Positions 10,513 through 20,865 of a stretch of 54,812 nucleotides of DNA are shown here, in pieces (position 1 is the stretch's first letter; each line of letters begins with the position of its first letter). The DNA lies in contig JBHLME010000011.1 in the NCBI GenBank assembly GCA_048938445.1, positions 1 through 54,812 on the forward strand, in the 5' to 3' direction. The stretch comes from Promethearchaeota archaeon (GTDB lineage Archaea > Asgardarchaeota > Lokiarchaeia > Sigyniarchaeales > SOKP01). The notes below the pieces were generated by a model. The model ran no database searches. It was not told the DNA's origin and saw only the letters and a list, made by a program, of their open reading frames with translations. The translations under genes were made by a program, and so were the position numbers.

Positions 10513-10950
10513 TTATAATTTAAAAAAGAATTCATGATTATCAATGGCACAAATCTCATTTTCTTTATTTAAGATTGAAGTTTTAAATACAATTGAAAAA
10601 TAGTTCCCCATTTTTCCTTCCTTTTCTATTGGTTGGGAAGTTTCTATGGTTATTATATAATTCTGGTTCATTTTCATTACCTTAAAAAACTTAACCTCTG
10701 AACTTACATGGATTACCCCCCTTATTTCAGAAATGAATTTGGGACCTATTTTAATAAAAACTTCTTGTATGACGCGGTTTGTCAAGTTCATAATATATCC
10801 TGGTGGAAAAATAGAACGATCAAAATAGACGGGATTATTATCATCAATGATTTCACAAAATTTCTTGATTTCTTCTTCAATAGGTTCAATTTCACTTATT
10901 CCAATCTCTTTTTCTACTTTTCTCAATTCAAAATGAATTTCTTTAGCCAA
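10513..10950 (-). CDS. MaoC N-terminal-like hotdog partner subunit
   Basis: IKKFCEIIDDNNPVY, FPP and VIHVSSEVKF; tandem with the MaoC gene as in heterodimeric dehydratases. Confidence 0.65.
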   Translation of the reverse strand: MAKEIHFELRKVEKEIGISEIEPIEEEIKKFCEIIDDNNPVYFDRSIFPPGYIMNLTNRVIQEVFIKIGPKFISEIRGVIHVSSEVKFFKVMKMNQNYIITIETSQPIEKEGKMGNYFSIVFKTSILNKENEICAIDNHEFFFKL

Positions 10951-11175
10951 GGATTTAGTGGAGTCGCTCGTGATCGATCTACCTTAAAATTCTCAAAGTT
11001 TTCTAATTAATTAATGAAAAATGTATTATAATATAATCTTTTTTTATATTAAACGAAATCCAACCTGTTATTTTCAATTATTAATCTTATTATTATTTCA
11101 AAAACCTAATTTTAAATTAATATAAGTTAAAAATAACGCTATAATAATTATATTTATTATAATAGAAAATTCAAG

Positions 11176-11484
11176 GTGAATAAAATAGAAAAGATAACTC
11201 CCTTTGAGAATATTATTAGAATGAAACAAGTATACGTTGTTGGGGGGCAATACGAGGATCCGGCAGAATTTGCGAGTAAACTTAACAAAAATTTAAATAT
11301 ATTACGGGAAAGTGATAATAATGCCAAAGTTTTAGATATTAAATATACCGTGCATTCCGATAAAAGATATGCTGGAGCGCCTGTATATTTGGGATGGATA
11401 ATGGCAGAAGTGGACGTTGATATTACGCCGAAAGTTGAAGATGATGGAATTACACGGAAAAAAAAAAAGAAACGATGGCATTAA
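11176..11484 (+). CDS. Hypothetical protein with basic C-terminal tail
   Basis: 102-aa ORF with normal composition filling its own gap; ends in RKKKKKRWH. Confidence 0.55.
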   Translation: MNKIEKITPFENIIRMKQVYVVGGQYEDPAEFASKLNKNLNILRESDNNAKVLDIKYTVHSDKRYAGAPVYLGWIMAEVDVDITPKVEDDGITRKKKKKRWH

Positions 11485-11574
11485 TAAAAATAACAAATAT
11501 TTTTTGAATTTAATTAACTATTTTTTGGATATTTTTTCTATTAATCATTTTAACTTCTAAAATAGTTTAGATTT

Positions 11575-12309
11575 TTATATTTTTTTCATTATCACCATGT
11601 TTCTCATTATAGTTTCAACTTCAGTTTCATATGCTTTATATTGATCGAAAAAAGCATTGTTTACTTGAATTAACATTGATATTGTCAATTTTGGAGATTT
11701 ATTTATTTGCTTTGCCATGTTTATTGCTTCATTGAGGGCATTTCCATCATCAACTAATTTATTTATGATATTTAATTCATATGCTTCTTTAGCATTAATG
11801 AAAGTTTCACGAGATGCCGTATTCAAGACTAATTCTAGTGCTTTTCCTCTTCCTACTAAAGACATATAGGAAAAAAAAAGAGGACAAGCACCAAATGCGA
11901 TTTCAGGATGGCCAAATATGGCATTTTTAGAGGCCACTCGAAGATGGCAAAGGACTGCTAAATCAAATCCTCCACCAAGCGCATAACCTGATATAGCAGC
12001 AATTGTCAACTTTGGAAATTCAAACATTTTTTTATGTATAAGAAGAGAAGAAATTTTTAATTGTTCGGCCTTTTCAGGACTGGAAATTGAAGCTTGAACT
12101 TCATCTTTATCAAATCCCGTAGAAAAAAAACCCTCATTCCCATAAAATATTACTGTTCTTATTTTATTATCTTCTTTAAGATGATCTAATGCATCAATTA
12201 TTTCATTTCTGAGTACCTCGCTTAAAGCATTTTTTTTTTCTGGTCTGTTTAGTATCAGAATACAAATTTTTCCTTTTTTTTCAAGTTTTAAAAATTCATA
12301 ATCATTCAA
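11575..12309 (-). CDS. Enoyl-CoA hydratase/isomerase family
   Basis: LNRPEKKNALS, FSTGFD, IAAISGYALGGG and FGHPE; GGTGA SD before the TTG start. Confidence 0.88.
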   Translation of the reverse strand: MNDYEFLKLEKKGKICILILNRPEKKNALSEVLRNEIIDALDHLKEDNKIRTVIFYGNEGFFSTGFDKDEVQASISSPEKAEQLKISSLLIHKKMFEFPKLTIAAISGYALGGGFDLAVLCHLRVASKNAIFGHPEIAFGACPLFFSYMSLVGRGKALELVLNTASRETFINAKEAYELNIINKLVDDGNALNEAINMAKQINKSPKLTISMLIQVNNAFFDQYKAYETEVETIMRNMVIMKKI

Positions 12310-12386
12310 TTGGATTTCACCTAATTGATAGTTTTATTAATCTTAATCTTCTTAATATAAGTAACTATATAAAAGTAAAGTTTTTC

Positions 12387-12430
12387 CTATATTATTCTAT
12401 AGGTTTTTTAAGTTCTATAGATTACTATAG
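12387..12430. promoter_or_regulatory. Candidate operator: two CTATA(T/G)-N4-CTATAG dyads
   Basis: CTATAT-TATT-CTATAG at 12387-12402 and CTATAG-ATTA-CTATAG at 12415-12430, in the divergent region before a wHTH regulator. Confidence 0.45.
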
Positions 12431-12483
12431 TTAAGAATAGCTTATTGAAATTTAATCATAAATAATTCTAAATTTGATGAAAT

Positions 12484-13248
12484 ATGGAAGAATCTAAAAA
12501 TTCCCTGATGAATATTAATAAAAAATTAGATAGTATGAACAAGAATTTCAATTCATTGCAAGATTTAATTTTAATTGTAAAAAAGGAATTAGCTATCATA
12601 AAAAAAGGGATTATCAATGAAACAAGTTTTTCTAAATTATCTTTAACTGCCCAAAAACAAATGATACAATTCTTAGATAATAAAGATCCTGAATGTAAAA
12701 TATCTGATGCATGCGTTAGGTTATTAGAAGGTGGAGTTTATAAAATTTTACGTATTTATTCCGAAAATGGACCTGATGGAGCAGTTGAATTAATTAATAA
12801 ATTTCTTAAAACAACAAATTATGAGTTTTATAAAGATAAATGCAATAATGAGTGCTTAAACAGATCCATTCAAATTTATCACTCCTTAAAAGAATTGATT
12901 ATTACGTCAAGAAAAGAAAAAATAAAATTTACACAAGAACTCATTGCTTTTGACGATGATACATGTTTTGAAGAGGGTGTAGTTGAGAATATTTATAAGA
13001 TTCTAAGTCCGTTATCTAATGTTTTAAGACTTAAAATTCTGACTAATTTGCAAAATGGTGGACGCACATACAGTCAGTTAGAAGAAGATATAGGAATAAA
13101 AGCGGGACATTTGTTATTCCATATGGAAAAACTCATCAGCATCGGATATATATCACAGGAAAATAAAAAATATTTGATTACAATGAAAGGATTAAAAATT
13201 TTAAAATACTTACATGGATTGAAAGAAGAATTATTTTTAAAAGTTTAA
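12484..13248 (+). CDS. ArsR-like winged-helix transcriptional regulator with Cys-containing N-terminal domain
   Basis: C-terminal LSPLSNVLRLKIL...TYSQL...GHLLFHMEKL...YLITMKG; N-terminal CKISDAC and CNNEC. Confidence 0.8.
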   Translation: MEESKNSLMNINKKLDSMNKNFNSLQDLILIVKKELAIIKKGIINETSFSKLSLTAQKQMIQFLDNKDPECKISDACVRLLEGGVYKILRIYSENGPDGAVELINKFLKTTNYEFYKDKCNNECLNRSIQIYHSLKELIITSRKEKIKFTQELIAFDDDTCFEEGVVENIYKILSPLSNVLRLKILTNLQNGGRTYSQLEEDIGIKAGHLLFHMEKLISIGYISQENKKYLITMKGLKILKYLHGLKEELFLKV

Positions 13249-13376
13249 AAAAGATATACATTATACTTAAATTATTAAATGAAATTAAGGTGTTTCAAAA
13301 AAGAATAAACTATTTAATCTTAAAATAATGTGCTTAATTTAAAATCATAATCTATAATCAAGATGAGATAATTACT

Positions 13377-13676
13377 ATGGAAATAACTATAATTGCTAAA
13401 ATAAAAGTTAAAGAAGGTAAAATGGAAGATGCGAAAGTAATATTGAAAGAAATCGTGCCGAAAGTTTTAAATTCAGAACCAGGATGTTTAGCATACATTC
13501 CTCATGAAGTAAAAGGTACTAAAAATAAAAATACAATCCTTTTTTATGAAAAATATAAGGATAAGGAAGCATTTAATATCCATAATCAGAATCTTACAAA
13601 AAATATGGAGCCCTTAATGCCACTTTTAGAACCGGGCATGGAAATTTTTCAATGCACCGAAATAATAAATGAATAA
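13377..13676 (+). CDS. ABM-domain (antibiotic biosynthesis monooxygenase-like) protein
   Basis: IIAKIKVKEGK, EPGCLAY, FYEKYKD and AFNIH. Confidence 0.85.
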   Translation: MEITIIAKIKVKEGKMEDAKVILKEIVPKVLNSEPGCLAYIPHEVKGTKNKNTILFYEKYKDKEAFNIHNQNLTKNMEPLMPLLEPGMEIFQCTEIINE

Positions 13677-13711
13677 CTCTTTATTTTCAATATTGATCTA
13701 TCAGTAATCTT

Positions 13712-14362
13712 TTACTCTGGTAATTTTCTATGATGTAGCAACTTGAAAGCTATTCCGGGACCCATTCCTTGTGTATACGCAAGTTCAATCCAAAGCATTG
13801 CGAGTGGTTCAAGAAATCTAGCATTTTTAAGTGGTCCGCAGTCAACAACATCATATCCAATTATTTGTCCCAATTCCTTCACTAATGATTTAGCTTTAGA
13901 ATCATCTCCACATATGAAGGTGCTCGGTTTTGGACTTCTTGTTTTTACCTCATTTATGAATTCTGGATCAAAAGCATTAAATCCTTTTACTACGTTAGCA
14001 CCATTCGCCCATTCTGCGATCTTCTCTGCTGCAGAAGTAGTTAATCCAATTAATAAACCTCCTAATTTTGGAGCTACGGCATTAGTACAATCTATAATGA
14101 TCTTTCCATTAAGATCTCCTAAAATTCCAATAGTATCTTCAACAGACGACCATGGTATAGCAAGCAAGACAACTTCTCCAAATTGAGCTGCCTCGTTATA
14201 TGTTCCTCCTTGTATATTTAATCCCATTTTAGATACTAGTTTTGTGACACCTACGGGATCTCTTGATCCAAAAAATATATCTTGACCATTTTCAGCCCAA
14301 ATCTTTCCCAAACTAGTACCAACATTACCAGTACCAATTATCCCAATTTTCATTATCTTCAT
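13712..14362 (-). CDS. NADPH-dependent F420 reductase family oxidoreductase
   Basis: GIIGTGNVG, GSRDP, LAIPW, IDCTN, SAAE, VVKGFN, ICGDD and DCGPLKNARFLE. Confidence 0.82.
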   Translation of the reverse strand: MKIMKIGIIGTGNVGTSLGKIWAENGQDIFFGSRDPVGVTKLVSKMGLNIQGGTYNEAAQFGEVVLLAIPWSSVEDTIGILGDLNGKIIIDCTNAVAPKLGGLLIGLTTSAAEKIAEWANGANVVKGFNAFDPEFINEVKTRSPKPSTFICGDDSKAKSLVKELGQIIGYDVVDCGPLKNARFLEPLAMLWIELAYTQGMGPGIAFKLLHHRKLPE

Positions 14363-14451
14363 ACCTCTTTATTTAATAGATGTAGATCAAGTTCTAATTC
14401 AATCTTAAATAAAAAATAGGATTAAACTTTTATAAAAATATTACGCTTAAA

Positions 14452-16032
14452 TCATTCATCTTGAATATAAGGCTTCCCAGCAAACAAACAGAACTCTGCT
14501 TTCGATAATTCTCGACCTAGATAATTTACGTGCTGGAGGTTATCAGTAATCTTCATTTCAATTATTTTTTTACTCAAATTTTCAGCATTTTCTCCAATTA
14601 AAGTTTGAAGTAATTCGTGATTATTAGAGTAAAAAAGAACATAGATTTTTCTTGAATATTGGTCAACATGTATTTTAAAATATCCATTCTTATCAGGAAT
14701 ATAGTCCTTTTTATTGTTTTCTACGATGATTGCTTTATTTTTATTAATATTAGGTATTTCTATACCAATTTTCCCCTTTGCTTTAAATAATTGAATTCCT
14801 ACATTAATTGGGGGTGTTTTTTTATATTTAGAGACATAATTTATCTTCATGCATTCTTTAAGTTCTCGTACACCATTCATTAATTTAGTGCTATGTTCAA
14901 CAGTAAAAAGCAAACCCACATCCAATTCGATTGCAATACTAGCTAATAAACCATTAATTCCAACCGAATCAATGTCCATTAATTCTACAACATTTGAAAT
15001 TCCAAAAAAAAGTGGCAATTTTAACTTTTTCAATTCTTCAGAAGAGACCTTCTTCTTATACAAATAATAAGATTCTAAAGAGGGACAAATACCAGGTGAT
15101 ATTGGCGTTTCTAGTAATGGATCAGCAATTAATTTAGTAAAACCATGTTGCTTTAATTCTTTAGTTAAATTTAGTAAATTATCTACACGTTCTTTCGGAT
15201 CTTTAGGAAAATATCCATTTTTTATATTTGTTGGAAGGATAACTATTGGGATGGTTTTTGGTAATTGAAGTAATTCTTTATAATTACCTAAATCTAAACT
15301 AAGTATGAGATCAATATTTTCTTCTGTGGCAGTTTTAATTTCATTAATATCCATTGAATCAACACTAATTAGAATTTTAAAATTATCTCTTAGGAGTTTT
15401 ATAATTTCCCTTATACGTTCAGGATTTGGTTGATTGGAGATACAACCTACATCAATTATTTCTGCTCCAGAATTAATATAATGCTTAGCTTTTTTGAGAA
15501 TATCCGAATCGCTCTTTTTTGTACAATTAACGATTTCAGCAATAATTGGAGGAGGAAGACCGCCACCAATAATTATATTTGAAGTTTTTTCATTAATATA
15601 GAAAATATCATGTCCAATTTTTTTTTTTGCTAAGTTCAATTGATTTTTTATTAATTCTTCATAAAAAAATCTTCCTGAACTCTCAAATAATTTATTTGCA
15701 GCAACTTTATTAGACAGTCGAATTTCATCTATATTATTTATTATTAATGGGATATCAGATGCAAATTCAGGTCCTTTCTTTATTTGGATTGACAATGTAT
15801 CTTCCAAGTTTTTAGTATCCCATTGAACAAAACCCGGAATTAAAACTAAGTCATAATCGGTCAATAAAACAGAATCTAATAAGGTTTCAGTCATTTTTTC
15901 AGTAAGAAATGCGGAAACTGAGATTGGAGCAATTTGAATATCTATTGAGTGTTTTTTAATTGACTTGGTTACTTCTTTGACAATTGCATGACTATTTTGT
16001 CCTGTGATAATTAAAATATTAATCGAAACCAC
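14452..16032 (-). CDS. Archaeal dihydropteroate synthase-like protein (methanopterin-associated; C-terminal DUF4346-like domain)
   Basis: N-terminal IITG/LIPG/KGP domain; pterin-binding barrel (IIAEIV, GAEIIDVG, ISVDS, ADP, NVVELMDIDSVGIN); C-terminal DKNGYFKI...HVNYLGRELSKAE...YIQD. Confidence 0.82.
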   Translation of the reverse strand: MVSINILIITGQNSHAIVKEVTKSIKKHSIDIQIAPISVSAFLTEKMTETLLDSVLLTDYDLVLIPGFVQWDTKNLEDTLSIQIKKGPEFASDIPLIINNIDEIRLSNKVAANKLFESSGRFFYEELIKNQLNLAKKKIGHDIFYINEKTSNIIIGGGLPPPIIAEIVNCTKKSDSDILKKAKHYINSGAEIIDVGCISNQPNPERIREIIKLLRDNFKILISVDSMDINEIKTATEENIDLILSLDLGNYKELLQLPKTIPIVILPTNIKNGYFPKDPKERVDNLLNLTKELKQHGFTKLIADPLLETPISPGICPSLESYYLYKKKVSSEELKKLKLPLFFGISNVVELMDIDSVGINGLLASIAIELDVGLLFTVEHSTKLMNGVRELKECMKINYVSKYKKTPPINVGIQLFKAKGKIGIEIPNINKNKAIIVENNKKDYIPDKNGYFKIHVDQYSRKIYVLFYSNNHELLQTLIGENAENLSKKIIEMKITDNLQHVNYLGRELSKAEFCLFAGKPYIQDE

Positions 16033-17119
16033 TCATCAATCTTTCTTTTTCGAAAGGAATAAAAATATCATCTAAGATTGAACCTGATGCTTCTTTAAGC
16101 TTCAAGTTATCAATAATAGGAGCAAATTCCCCATTCAATAATCCATTAGCAATAAAAGCAGCACCTTGAGCAGCTCTTTTAGCAATTTGACTATATGATT
16201 TCATTAATCTGACTGGAGCTAAATCTTTAAGACCGAGCATTATTTTTTCTCTTAAATATGGTAGTTCTGATCCTCTTCCAGCTAATAAAATTTCTGTAAT
16301 TTTGTCCTTACTTGAAAATGAGGAAGAAATTGCATGGACTGCTTTTTTCACGCTTGATATATATGCTTGAAATGCTGTTTTAATTTGATCATCCTTTTCG
16401 GCTAAAAGCGTAATTTCTTTCAAACTTAGATTGGTAAATCCGGCAATATATGCCACTCCACCCTTGTAAATGTTCTTTTTTTCAATATTTTTAATTAAAT
16501 AAGCCAATTCTCCATCTAAACTCCCACAAGCTCTAAAACCCATTATATTTGAACCCCCAATTCCATCGATAATCTGTCCATTTTCAATAGCTAATACTGC
16601 TGTGAAACCATAACCAATTTCAATCATTATAAAATTAGTTTCTGTGGGTTCAATCTCAAAGCGTTCCATTTGATCTCTAATACCAACAACGGAAGTACAT
16701 AACTTATCCGCGGTACCCATATCAACTTTATTTATTTTTCGATATCTAGGAACTGTAGGTAAGTGTTTTACACCTGGAACAATCTTACCTGGTATAGCTT
16801 CAGATTTAATTAACTTTAGAATCTTGCCTAAACCTAAAAGTGGATCTTTCTCTTCCATGTTGAATTTAAGTAAAGTATAAAAAATGTCTTTTTCAGATAA
16901 ATCCTTAACATTTTTTAATGGGAGGCCAAATCCACTTGGAGCAACCATCATATCAACATTTTCTATTGATTTAATAATAGTTAAAGCTTTATTTGGATTA
17001 TTAATAAGTTCTTTAGACATTAAAGAAGTGTCTAATATGATTTTTTTTCCATCTTTTCCAAATTCTAATCCATAAAAATCCCATGATTTTGAACCTGGAT
17101 CAACACCTATTACACGCAT
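16019..17119 (-). CDS. DUF1464 family ASKHA (butyrate-kinase-like) protein
   Basis: GVDPGSKSWD, APSGFGLP, PGVKHLPTVP.YRKINKVDMGTADK and LDGELAY. Confidence 0.8.
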   Translation of the reverse strand: MRVIGVDPGSKSWDFYGLEFGKDGKKIILDTSLMSKELINNPNKALTIIKSIENVDMMVAPSGFGLPLKNVKDLSEKDIFYTLLKFNMEEKDPLLGLGKILKLIKSEAIPGKIVPGVKHLPTVPRYRKINKVDMGTADKLCTSVVGIRDQMERFEIEPTETNFIMIEIGYGFTAVLAIENGQIIDGIGGSNIMGFRACGSLDGELAYLIKNIEKKNIYKGGVAYIAGFTNLSLKEITLLAEKDDQIKTAFQAYISSVKKAVHAISSSFSSKDKITEILLAGRGSELPYLREKIMLGLKDLAPVRLMKSYSQIAKRAAQGAAFIANGLLNGEFAPIIDNLKLKEASGSILDDIFIPFEKERLMSGFD

Positions 17120-17250
17120 CTATGATTATTATTCCTAATTTAATATATAGTTTAGTTAATTCATTAAAATTTATTATATTTTGTAAAAACAACTTATAAA
17201 TATTATTTACTCTACTTAAAATATATAATACATGATTAGGGGATAATATA

Positions 17251-19773
17251 ATGAGTGATATAAACGGAAATATAAATTCTCAAAAAAACCCAAGGTTTGA
17301 ACTTGCTAAATCTCATGATCTCTCCCCAAGGCAAAAATGGTTGAGAGACTATTATTTTAAAGGAGTTGAAAGGGAATGGAACAATGAATATATGGCATTT
17401 ACAACAGGAATGGATTGGGATATAATTTGGTATGAAGGAGATTATTACATTGTTCCCGAGATCCATTATTATATTGGTAATAAGGATAGAGGTCCATTTG
17501 CTTCCTCCATAAGATCTATAGCTCAACCTATAATATTACCAGATGGTTTTTGGGAGCTATCACTTCCAGAACGTAGATCAGTTTTTTTCAAGGAGGTAAT
17601 GTTGAATTATATACCTCAAGAAATAATTCATAATGAGTTATTAGCAGGAGGGAGATTTAATACTCAATTGAGCAAATGCTTCAATAAAAAAGAAGCTAAA
17701 GATTTTTGGAAAAGGAATTTAATTAATCGAAGAAATACTTTTAATTTCCATAAAAATGGTTTTGGAAATGTAGGTGCTACAGCAGGTCATCTCATACCTG
17801 ATTATGAAACGATTATAAAAAAAGGATTCAAATTCATACATAATAAAATTGAAAAAAGTTATAAAAATTTAAGTGATAAAGAGAAAAAAGGATCTAAAGG
17901 TCAAGAACTCCGTGCAATGCTTGTTTCTGTGGAAATTCCTAAGTTATTAGCAAAAAAATATGCTGAGGAATGTAGAAGGCTTAAAAAGGGCACATCAGAT
18001 CCAAAAAGGATTGAAGAATTAGAACAAATGGCGAGAAACTTAGAAAAAGTTCCTTGGGAACCTTCTGAAACATTTTGGCAAGGAGTCCACGCTTTATGGA
18101 TAACACACATGTTAGTAATAGCCGAAGAATCATATCCCGGTCCCGGAGTCTCATTTGGAAGAACTGATCAATATTTATGGGATCTATATAGAAAAGATGT
18201 AATTATTGAAAAAAAAATTACAAAAGAATTTGCAAAAGATATTTTAGGATGCTTTTGGTTCCATTGTAATACCGTATATGATGCACAGATCAGGGTAGGT
18301 GGAAATCAAGGAATAACCGCGGGTTTTGGACAATTAATGACATTATCAGGCTGTGGACCTAATGGTGAAGATTTGACTAATGAATTAACTTATACAATAC
18401 TTGAAGTAATAGATGAATGGCATCCTATCTTAGAACCAAAACCCAATATTAGACTACACAGAAATTCCCCAGATAAATTATTAAATAAAATCATTAAAAT
18501 GATCACTCGGTCTCAAGGTGCTCCTTTCTTATTAAACTTTGATGAGAGAAGCATAGCAGGAATGGTTAGAGAAGGAATCCTAAAAGAGGATGCGTGGAAC
18601 TATGCGTGTGTTGGATGTTTAGAAAACACGATGCAAGGTAATGATCGATCAGGTACGGTAAATTGCAATCCCAATCTCGCGAAAACAATAGAATTAACTC
18701 TTTGGAACGGCAAAAACATGCCTAGTAATGTTTTTAAAGGGAACGTGGCAAGTAAGGCACCTTCAAAACCAGGGGCACAGTTATCTCCTAAAACGGGAAA
18801 TCCAGAAAATTTTGAAACATGGCAGGAGTTTTATGCAGCTTGGCAAGAACAAGCAAGATACTTGATAAAACACACTGTAGATGTATATAATCCTACTGAA
18901 TCATTAAGAGCACAATATTTACCTACTCCATATATTTCAACTATTGTCCGTGGATGTGTTGAAAAGGGATTAGATATTCGAAATGGGGGACCAGAATTAC
19001 GGTTTATAACTATAGAAGGTGTTGGATTTGGAACTACAGTAGATTCATTGTATACTATAAAAAAATTAATATATGAGGATAAAAAATATACCATCTCTAA
19101 AATAAAGGAAGCTTTAAATGCTGATTTCCAAGGTAAAACAAATGAAATAATACAGGTTTACTTAAAGAATAAAGTCTTAAAATATGGAAATGATGATGAT
19201 GATGTAAATAATCTTGCAAGAGACGTGATGAAAACTTGGGCAGATGAGTGTTGGAATTATAAAACATCTACAGACTTTCAATTTAGGGGTGGAATGTTAT
19301 CATGGAATTATTGGGCGGGTGCTGATGCTAAATATACCATAGCTACTCCTGATGGAAGAAATAAAGGAACTTTTCTTTCAAATGCTATTTGTCCTAGTGC
19401 AGGGAGTGATAAGAAAGGACCTACTGCTGTTACAAACTCTGTTGGAATTGCTTTAGGTGGTAAATCATATGATGGAGAATACATAAATTGCTTACCAAAT
19501 GGTGCAAGTCATACAATAACCTTTAATCCTAGTTTATTAAGAAATCCTGAACATATAGAAAAATTCAAGTCATTTTTAAGAGGATATGTAGAAAATGGAG
19601 GTACTGCGTTACAAATTAATATTTTAGATGCTGAAATGCTAAGAGATGCTCAAAAACACCCTCAAAACTATCAAAATCTTTTGGTTAGGGTAACTGGATA
19701 TAATGCCTATTTCAATTCAATTGGAAGAGAATTACAAGATGAGATCATTGCAAGAGAATCTCATAGCATGTAA
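17251..19773 (+). CDS. Glycyl radical enzyme (PFL superfamily, non-PFL eliminase-like)
   Basis: C-terminal glycyl loop LLVRVTGYNAYF; Cys loop ACVGCLE; SFGRTDQYL, KYGNDD and ATPDGR. Confidence 0.92.
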   Translation: MSDINGNINSQKNPRFELAKSHDLSPRQKWLRDYYFKGVEREWNNEYMAFTTGMDWDIIWYEGDYYIVPEIHYYIGNKDRGPFASSIRSIAQPIILPDGFWELSLPERRSVFFKEVMLNYIPQEIIHNELLAGGRFNTQLSKCFNKKEAKDFWKRNLINRRNTFNFHKNGFGNVGATAGHLIPDYETIIKKGFKFIHNKIEKSYKNLSDKEKKGSKGQELRAMLVSVEIPKLLAKKYAEECRRLKKGTSDPKRIEELEQMARNLEKVPWEPSETFWQGVHALWITHMLVIAEESYPGPGVSFGRTDQYLWDLYRKDVIIEKKITKEFAKDILGCFWFHCNTVYDAQIRVGGNQGITAGFGQLMTLSGCGPNGEDLTNELTYTILEVIDEWHPILEPKPNIRLHRNSPDKLLNKIIKMITRSQGAPFLLNFDERSIAGMVREGILKEDAWNYACVGCLENTMQGNDRSGTVNCNPNLAKTIELTLWNGKNMPSNVFKGNVASKAPSKPGAQLSPKTGNPENFETWQEFYAAWQEQARYLIKHTVDVYNPTESLRAQYLPTPYISTIVRGCVEKGLDIRNGGPELRFITIEGVGFGTTVDSLYTIKKLIYEDKKYTISKIKEALNADFQGKTNEIIQVYLKNKVLKYGNDDDDVNNLARDVMKTWADECWNYKTSTDFQFRGGMLSWNYWAGADAKYTIATPDGRNKGTFLSNAICPSAGSDKKGPTAVTNSVGIALGGKSYDGEYINCLPNGASHTITFNPSLLRNPEHIEKFKSFLRGYVENGGTALQINILDAEMLRDAQKHPQNYQNLLVRVTGYNAYFNSIGRELQDEIIARESHSM

Positions 19774-19811
19774 CTCCTTTTTTATATCTGTTATAGTACA
19801 TGGTGTAAAGA

Positions 19812-20810
19812 GTGGAAGAAAATAACGCTTGTATTTTTGAAGTCTTACGCATGTCAACAGAAGATGGACCAGGAATCAGAACTACTGTATTTTTCCAGCA
19901 ATGTCCTTTAACGTGTAAGTGGTGCCATAATCCAGAAAGTATAAGTAATAAACCTCAACTTCAATGGTTTAAACATAAATGCATTGGATGTAAAACTTGT
20001 ATTGAAACTTGTCAAAATGAAGTTTTATCTCTTGACAAAAATGGCCTTCAAATTGATAGAGAAAAATGTAAAAGCTGTGGACAATGTGCTGAAGAATGTC
20101 CTTCTACGGCATTAGTTATTACGGCGAAATGGTGGAATTTAAATGACCTATTTCATGAGATTTTAAAGGATAAAGTATACTACACAAATTCTAAAGGAGG
20201 TATTACCGTTTCTGGTGGAGAGCCTACTTTACATCCTCATTTTCTATTGAGGTTTCTAAGGATGTGTAAAGAGAATGGAATCTCAACAGCATTAGATACA
20301 TGTGGAATTGCATCTCAAAAAATATATGAGAAATTAATTCCATATATTGACTTATTCTTATTAGATATTAAAGAGATTGACTCCCAAAAACACAAAATAT
20401 GGACGGGAGTTTCAAATGAAAAAATATTAGATAATGCCGTATGGCTTTCAAATAAATTAAATGAAAATAATAAGAACATATGGATTCGAACACCAATTAT
20501 CCCAAAATTCACAGCTACTGAAGAAAATATTAAAGGTATAGGTGATTTCATTGTCCAAAAGTTAAATAATTTCCCTGAACGATGGGATCTTCTTGCATTC
20601 AACAATCTATGTAGTGCTAAATACGAACGACTAGGCATAGAATGGATTTTAAAAGATGAAACCTTATTATCTAAAAAAACAATGGATAATCTTTGTCAAA
20701 TTGCAAAAACCACTGGAGCTAAGAATGTAAGATGGTCAGGATTGACAAAAAATGAAAATACTGAAGATTCTATTAAGAAAGATAATAAATCAAAATTACC
20801 TTCTTGTTAA
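19812..20810 (+). CDS. Glycyl-radical activating enzyme with 2x[4Fe-4S] ferredoxin insert
   Basis: DGPGIRTTVF, CPLTCKWCHNPES, CIGCKTCIETC, CKSCGQCAEECP and GGITVSGGEP. Confidence 0.93.
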   Translation: MEENNACIFEVLRMSTEDGPGIRTTVFFQQCPLTCKWCHNPESISNKPQLQWFKHKCIGCKTCIETCQNEVLSLDKNGLQIDREKCKSCGQCAEECPSTALVITAKWWNLNDLFHEILKDKVYYTNSKGGITVSGGEPTLHPHFLLRFLRMCKENGISTALDTCGIASQKIYEKLIPYIDLFLLDIKEIDSQKHKIWTGVSNEKILDNAVWLSNKLNENNKNIWIRTPIIPKFTATEENIKGIGDFIVQKLNNFPERWDLLAFNNLCSAKYERLGIEWILKDETLLSKKTMDNLCQIAKTTGAKNVRWSGLTKNENTEDSIKKDNKSKLPSC

Positions 20811-20865
20811 AAAAATAATATATATATAAAACGATTATAAAAAACTATAATTACTGTGATAACTC

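Noticed and set aside
10951-10986. Relatively GC-rich patch upstream of the hotdog genes; possible RNA element or an ATC start at 10974 after an AAGGT SD
   Set aside because: No stable stem is evident and an in-frame TTG start exists at 10950, so neither idea is required.
13743-14186. 147-aa + strand ORF, and the many other short ORFs nested in or antisense to larger genes (e.g. 10708-11010, 20315-20638, 28344-28691, 41192-41575)
   Set aside because: They overlap well-supported genes, show Ser/Phe/Ile-rich shadow composition and have no recognisable motifs.
17251-19773. Calling the GRE pyruvate formate-lyase
   Set aside because: It lacks the adjacent Cys-Cys active-site pair and has GCLE instead; the activase has a ferredoxin insert typical of non-PFL GREs.
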